Below are positions 7,568-12,934 of a stretch of 12,934 bases of DNA, piece by piece. This DNA comes from Candidatus Bathyarchaeota archaeon. Lineage in GTDB: Archaea > Thermoproteota > Bathyarchaeia > 40CM-2-53-6. The stretch lies in assembly GCA_963706285.1 (NCBI GenBank), contig CAVPLU010000018.1:1-12934 (forward strand). The letters are read 5' to 3'. The position numbers and the translations under genes were made by a program. The notes beneath the pieces were generated by a model that was given only the letters and a program-made list of their open reading frames with translations, did no database searches and had not been told where the DNA came from. The first letter of the stretch is position 1. Each line of letters starts with the position of its first letter.

Positions 7568-7774
7568 TGGGCTTCTGATCCCTACAAAATGCGACGCCAT
7601 TCCAGCAAGGGCGAAGGTGAATGGTTGGCCGACGGAAAAGCCGCATGAAATAGTATGCAAGGCGCCGCCGAACATCGACCTGATGTAGAGGCTCGGTGCA
7701 AAGATGCCGCCGCTAGCTCCCGAACCTATCGTGAATGAGGTTGCCACATTCCTCAGTGCACTCGCACTCAACAT
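7568..7774 (-). pseudogene. Remnant of a ClC chloride channel/antiporter (C-terminal membrane helices only)
   Basis: ATSFTIGSGASGGIFAPSLY and FALAGMA are ClC hallmarks (GxFxP filter motif), but only about 70 codons are recognisable, a conserved Gly reads as Arg (YIRSM), and the gap between neighbours is too small for a full gene. Confidence 0.75.
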
Positions 7775-7834
7775 ATCATCATCAACACAGAACTTGGCGA
7801 GAAAGCCATCGCAGATGCTCCTGTTGGGCAGCCG

Positions 7835-8983
7835 TCAAGCGCTTTGATTCTGCGGTGTCAGTCTCCGGTTTGTACTCGTTCTACGTCGTCCGCGCTTGAC
7901 TGGTGGGGTCGATTTACGAAGCGCGACGTGCTGCGGCGAGAGAATTTCGACCTCAGCATCGTCAAAGCGATCGAGGATGTTTTCCATCAGATTCGAGTAG
8001 ATTGCAACTAGCCGATTTGGCTTGTCGGTGTACGCATTAATTTCGTACGCGACATAGTTGTTGTCTAGATCGCGAACGAGAAGGAATGGCTTTGGTTCAG
8101 CCAAGAGCCCCTCGCTCCGCTGAGCTGCCTCCAGAAGCAGTCCCTCAACAAGCTTGCGAGACACATCATAACCCAGCGTTATTTGTTGATGCACTATCAC
8201 TTTAGGCAGCGCAGAGTAGTTGACGATCTTATTCCCCAGGACTTGATTGTTCGGGACATGAACGATCTCATCCTTGATGGTTCTGATCTTGGTGAACATT
8301 ACATCGACTTCTACTACGTCCCCATAGGTACCGCCAGCGACCTCTACTCGATCCCCATCTTTGTAGGGACGCCAACTCATGATAACAAGGCCTGAGAGAG
8401 CGTTCCCGATAGAACCGGTTGCAGCAAAGGATACAACAAGCCCGATGAAGACGGTGAAGAGCGTGACCATCGTACCCGCTAGCGTTTGCAGGCCCGCCAT
8501 CACCAGGACGTTTGTGAGCAAGAGAACTGCGACTATAGCATAGACCAAATAACGAATCAGATTCTGGATAAGGTCAATGGTGAACGGGTGTAGCTTAGTT
8601 CGGCGTTTGTATTCTTCAAAGATTATGCCGAAGATTCTCAAAGCGAGATAACCAACTACGATGATGACTATCATTACCCCAATGCGGCCGGCGTTCGTTG
8701 CCAGAAATGATGAAATCGATTCGAGGAGAATCCCCTGAAGCCCCAGGGTTACCAGGACCTCAGTAAGGACAAAGAAGGCTACAACCAACCAGATGAGCAT
8801 CCGAAGTAGTGCACCACCAAGTTCAGAAAGCCCTGCTGAGAGTTTGCCCTGTGATTCGAGCCTCTTCATCATACGTGTGACTAATCGCACGCTAACTTTC
8901 GCTGCCACAAACGCGACGATAACCGCGATTGCGAGGAACAGATAGCTGGCGAGAGGATCTGATACGGTGCTCATTGCCAACAC
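7835..8983 (-). CDS. mscS: Small-conductance mechanosensitive channel (MscS family), 5-TM type; start may be the ATG at 8974
   Basis: IGNALSGLVIMSWRPYKDGDRV, GDVVEVDVMFTKIRT, VPNNQV..NYS and C-terminal EILSPQ; five N-terminal TM segments. Confidence 0.92.
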   Translation of the reverse strand: MLAMSTVSDPLASYLFLAIAVIVAFVAAKVSVRLVTRMMKRLESQGKLSAGLSELGGALLRMLIWLVVAFFVLTEVLVTLGLQGILLESISSFLATNAGRIGVMIVIIVVGYLALRIFGIIFEEYKRRTKLHPFTIDLIQNLIRYLVYAIVAVLLLTNVLVMAGLQTLAGTMVTLFTVFIGLVVSFAATGSIGNALSGLVIMSWRPYKDGDRVEVAGGTYGDVVEVDVMFTKIRTIKDEIVHVPNNQVLGNKIVNYSALPKVIVHQQITLGYDVSRKLVEGLLLEAAQRSEGLLAEPKPFLLVRDLDNNYVAYEINAYTDKPNRLVAIYSNLMENILDRFDDAEVEILSPQHVALRKSTPPVKRGRRRTSTNRRLTPQNQSA

Positions 8984-9531
8984 TAACCATTACCAGTCGG
9001 TGTTAACCAATAAACAATGTTGCACAATAGCCTGTTGATGGCATTGACAACGCAGAAAACGTGCCAGCATCTAAGAACCTCATACTGAATTCCAAGTTCG
9101 TGGATACTGAGATCATTCAATTTGATAGGGTTGTTCAGACTCTCACCAGTGTGGTCTCAACGTAGAGGCATACAAATTCACTATCTTCAATTTGCAAAGT
9201 GAACAGCGGTTTCTGGAATTCTTACATCTTTCTGTCTGACAAGGGAGTCAGAAGGGATGGGGGCTCCGAAGAATCGCCATTTGTGCTAGGAGAACTGTGC
9301 TTCGAGACAACGTCATTCATCGACCTTGCCCACCAAACAGGTTCCTTGATTTTGAAGATTCTGGATCCAGATTTGATCAGGATGTTCTCGAATGTGACGC
9401 AGCCAATCCCTTCTTTCTCTCTGCCTGCGGCAGAGGAGAGTCTTGAGTTCAGCGAATTGTTGTTGGGGGTATTCCCTGCTCGCAAGCAGAAGAATGATTC
9501 TGTCAATGGGCGGGAGCCTGAGCGTGAACGT

Positions 9532-9977
9532 CTATCTCGACTCGACTAGTCTCCTCACGTCTTCGGGAATATTCGGCTCGTACGCTATGATGATCACCCA
9601 ACGGAATACGTCTCTTTCAGTGATGATTCCCACAAGTTTTTCGCCCTCAATGACAGGAAGCTGTCGGATTCCTTTCCTGACCATCTGTTCAACAGCCTCC
9701 CAGACCTCTGCCGATGGACAGATCGTAGCAAGTGGCTTGGACATTATGCGCCTAACCAACATGTCCCGCACATTTTGGCCCTTTGCCACTCTCGTCGAGA
9801 CATCTCGTTCGTCAGGATTCCGACAGGCTTCCTTTTCTCGACCACGACTACACTTCCAATCTTATGCCTAACCATTGCGTGAAGAGCTCTGCTAACCTTG
9901 TCACTTGCCTTGACCGTTACAACTTTGGTCAACATCATATCGGAGACGAGCTCGTTCGATGCGGCGGACTCCGCCAA
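9532..9977 (-). CDS. Stand-alone CBS-pair protein split by a 1-nt deletion near 9810
   Basis: ORFs 9744..10052 and 9532..9789 join as ...KPVGILT-ERDVSTRVAKGQNV... if one base is restored; the second CBS has KLVGIITERDV; likely TTG start at 9977 preceded by GAGAGG. Confidence 0.8.
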
Positions 9978-10263
9978 ACTCGTCCTCTCGATCTCTCGTA
10001 CTGCCGTCTCAATGCCTAAAAGATTTCCGTCGGTGTTGCTAAATCGAAACACCGCATTCGTGGCAGTTCGCTTCTGGGGGTGATGATGATTTGAACTGGT
10101 TCTATGTTCTCATGGTATGTGATGAGGCCTGAACCCTTCGACTCGTACAGCCCAACTCTAGCCGATGGCTGAGACCGATCACCCAATTGTTCGTGCTTCT
10201 GAGTATTCGGTCACCAAGAAGTCGGGTGCATCCTTGTTTCCGCCCACGCGCTGTACTGCTCCT

Positions 10264-10420
10264 GATGTAGACCCGCATCCACTGAGAGTAGTTATCCGTG
10301 AGTGTGGATTGGCAGAAGTCTAGAGTCCATTGAACTTGGTAGTGGCATCTCTGGCAGAGCACAGCCAGATTCCACGGTAGAAGATTACAGGTTGCCATCT
10401 AGGTGGTGGACCGCTAGCAT
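10264..10420 (-). pseudogene. Decayed HNH endonuclease (Zn-binding, phage-like)
   Basis: One frame reads MLAVHHLDGN (10420-10391); the adjacent frame continues CNLLPWNLAVLCQRCHYQVQ, together giving HHxDG..N....NL..LCxxCH. Confidence 0.65.
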
Positions 10421-10555
10421 AATGTTTGATCACATCGCTCCAAAGAGGGCCGCCCTCCGGGCGAGAGAGGGGCCGCTTTGAGAGCTCCAGAGGTGTGGCT
10501 GATGGGCGTTGATTGTCCTGATGAGAAACCACCTCTAAGCTAATGATGGTGGTTG

Positions 10556-10718
10556 ATGGTATCCCGGGCGAGAGCCAGACGAGTATTGTTTGTAGCCACG
10601 CTAGAACCTAGAGCAGCTTCATGGAGTTCGCACGCGAGAGTGGGAGTCACCCAGAAAGGGGTGGGAGTCACCCTTGATCGCATTAGCGCCCTCATCAAGT
10701 CCAAGCGCGAACAAGGAG
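10556..10718 (+). pseudogene. Possible decayed ArsR-like HTH regulator
   Basis: Joining two frames gives ...LEPR-SFMEFARE-VGVTQKGV..TLDRISALIKSKREQG, an HTH-like pattern; needs two frameshifts. Confidence 0.25.
10640..10673. repeat. 13-bp perfect direct repeat GTGGGAGTCACCC x2, 21-bp period
   Basis: Copies at 10640-10652 and 10661-10673 separated by AGAAAGGG. Confidence 0.8.
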
Positions 10719-11068
10719 ACTTGGCGCCGGGAAAGAACGCTGCCACGAAGTTTCAACATCGGCCATCCTGAGTCAGACGAACTCAGCTCCATTGTGCTCA
10801 CAATGTGCTGGCTTTTTCGAATCCACGCTGCTGGAATTCGTCGTCAGGGAAACGACAGTGGGGATGTGGAGGATGTGGGGGAAGTGAGGGTAACAGGATC
10901 TGTTGACGATGCAGCGCGAGCAACACAGGAGTCTATCGGATCCTAAGGGTTCTGGGTGAAGGAGAGAGGTGCGAGCAGTCATTTTGTGTGCGCACCATGA
11001 GACCACACACAGGTGTTTTGATTGCGACTAGATGCCACGAACCAGTTTTGAGCATAATGAGTCACTTG

Positions 11069-11182
11069 CACCATGCTGAGAACGACCGCCGTGGCCACGA
11101 TTTGGAGAAAATCATTCTGACTCATCCCAGTTGCAGCTCCTTGTCGAGCAATAATGACCGCCATCTCCGCCCAGAATGCTAG
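11069..11182 (-). pseudogene. Possible remnant of a CPA2/Kef-type cation:proton antiporter (last two TM helices)
   Basis: LAFWAEMAVIIARQGAATG...FLQIVATAVVLSMV resembles the CPA2 C-terminal pattern GE...IIA..G...G......iv..vvlsm; nothing recognisable on either side. Confidence 0.4.
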
Positions 11183-11269
11183 ATTAGTCGTCGATGCCGT
11201 GAGATAGCAATACTGAATGGATACTCATAATACTCTTTGAGGGCAAGCATACGTCGAGAGGCGTTCTAC

Positions 11270-12060
11270 ATGGTGGGTTGGGGGCCGTTTGATCTTGCTG
11301 GAAAGAATGCGGTCGTGACTGGGGGCGCGATGGGAATCGGTTTTGGCATTGCCAGGCGGTTGGTTGAAGCGGGCGCTAGCGTGCTCATCGCCGACCTTGA
11401 CGGGGACACAGCGCAGGCAGCCGCTAAGAAACTGGCAGGCGGCCCCGGTAAGGCTGCTGCTATGCAGGCGAACGTGGCTGAGGAAGGCATAGGTGAAAGG
11501 ATCGTCTCCAAGTGTGTCGAGCTTTTCGGCTCGATCGACATTTTGGTCAACAACGCAGGAATATATCCAATATCGCCCGTACTGCAAATGACGCCCGATT
11601 TCCTCGACAAGGTGTACAGGATCAATCTGAAGGGGCTTGTCTTCGTCTCGAAAGCAGCGGCTGCTAGGATGCTCGACCAGGGAAAGGGGGCAAGATCATA
11701 AACATCGCCTCAATTGACGCATTTCATCCTTCAAGGGTAGGTCTGGCCGCCTACGAGGCCTCGAAAGGCGGTGTGGTGATGTTCACCAAGAGTCTTGCTC
11801 TCGAGCTGGCGCCACATGGTATCACGGTGAACTCCATCGCACCAGGCGGTATCCAAACAGAAGGCGCCTCCAAGCCGCTTCTTGGAATGACAGAAGAGCA
11901 AACGAACGAGATGATGAAAGCGTTTGCTGCGAGGATTCCTCTTCGCCGAATGGGAACCCCTGACGATATCGGCAAGGTCGCCGTCTTTCTAGCCTCCTCC
12001 GCATCCGACTATATGACAGGAGAAACGGTCATCGTAGATGGCGGCGTTCTTCTCGCCTAG
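11270..12060 (+). CDS. Short-chain dehydrogenase/reductase (classical SDR, FabG-like) split by a -1 frameshift at 11680-11690
   Basis: TGGAMGIG, DILVNNAG in frame one; the -1 frame continues GKIINIASI ... YEASK ... VNSIAPG ... IPLRRMG ... VDGG; ATG at 11270 preceded by GAGAGG. Confidence 0.88.
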
Positions 12061-12378
12061 ATCTCAGGACAATTGTTCTTAGGCTCTTTTCAGTTCAATT
12101 TCCCATCTCAGCGTGCACAAAGAAGGCCACCACACAACTCGATTCGTTCAAGATTTCAGACTTCGCATATTGGGGTTGTGAGAGATTCTTCCCTGACGAG
12201 TAGGAGCAGTCAAGAGCATGGAGTCATTGGCGGTTTGGCTCGCCAAGGGGGACGCATACACAAAGGCCTGAGACGACGACAAATGATGGGTTAGCCGAGA
12301 AATCTTCTTTCGCTCACCAAAGAGTTTGAATTGTGGTCGACAACGTTTCGGGTGGACTCGCCGCAAGTGTCGATCTAT

Positions 12379-12934
12379 ATGGCAAACCAGATTCCTCTCA
12401 TAACAACTCTTGTCTCTGTATTCTTCACTGTTCTTCTGTCTTGGCAATACGCGCATCGGAGGAAGAGGCATCAAATCGTCTGGACAGTGGCTCTAGCGCT
12501 CTACAGTCTAACTGCATTCATGGAGTACCTTGCGAATCCTGACGTGCTGGGTCCAAGCTTGTTGCTTGTCAAATTCTATTATTCAGGCACGGGACCGATG
12601 GTAGGGCTTCTAGGTGCAGGGGTTCTGTACCTGCTTGCATCGAGACGTTTGAGTGACATCTATCTCGCTCTGGTGGTTGCGTTGAGCGTTATCGTAGTGG
12701 TGTCCACTGTTGCTGCACAGATACCTTCTGTGGAAATACAGTCAGCATTTAACGCAGGGCTTCCGCAGGGTTTCAGAACAGTCGTGATGGAATTTCCAAT
12801 GACTGCTCGCATCCCTACGATAATTCTGAACATCACGGGAGCGTTGTTCTCGTCGGCGGATCATTATTCAGCTACATAAGAGATCGAACTAGGAGTTACA
12901 ACATTCCGCTGTTCTTTGGTGGAATACTACCGTC
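12379..12934 (+). CDS. Multi-pass (probably 7TM) hypothetical membrane protein, 1-nt deletion near 12849, truncated by the window edge
   Basis: TM1-QYAHRRKRHQ-TM2 ... LGAGVLYLL; restoring one base gives NITGALFLVGGSLFSYIRDRTRSYNIPLFFGGILP, open to the end of the window. Confidence 0.75.

Noticed and set aside
9199-9549. Overlapping ORFs 9199..9549 (+) and 9222..9506 (-), and the open frame after the CBS TAG (amber readthrough)
   Set aside because: No recognisable motif in any frame; the CBS protein is complete at its stop and no pyrrolysine genes are in view.
10845-10935. G-rich tract (possible G-quadruplex) whose minus strand gives CSRC and PPHPHCR, reminiscent of phage Mu gpF-like head proteins
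   Set aside because: G-runs have long loops; the peptide motifs are in different frames, low complexity, and lack the final Cys.
12061-12378. Possible small gene or ncRNA between the SDR and the last gene (TTGGCG/CGCCAA hairpin at 12227-12246)
   Set aside because: Only a 6-bp stem and short ORFs with no recognisable family features.
1-12934. CRISPR array, tRNA, rRNA, transposase or integrase
   Set aside because: No repeat-spacer periodicity, cloverleaf, rRNA-like sequence or recombinase motifs were seen.

Overview
Archaeal-looking window (Tfx regulator, Sso10a/ArnR1-like winged helix, many TTG starts; Bathyarchaeia or Nitrososphaerota is a guess). The left part holds a minus-strand molybdate/tungstate ABC operon (modA-modB-modC) directly downstream of a Tfx-family regulator and a DUF2061 membrane protein. 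Divergent from these, across a tandem palindromic operator-like site, is a stand-alone 7TM membrane protein paired with a small winged-helix regulator. The middle holds ion-homeostasis genes (NhaP-type Na+/H+ antiporter, decayed ClC fragment, MscS with a duplicated TM pair, CBS-pair protein) and a class I SAM methyltransferase. About 10.1-11.2 kb is a patch of decayed fragments (HNH nuclease, possible HTH, possible CPA2 antiporter). The right end has an SDR oxidoreductase split at a GGGAAAG/G5 tract and a second multi-TM protein running off the edge. Four otherwise intact genes each carry a single-base indel, most simply explained as sequencing error. No tRNA, rRNA, CRISPR array or intact mobile element was seen. 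All family calls come from motif recognition by eye, not database searches.
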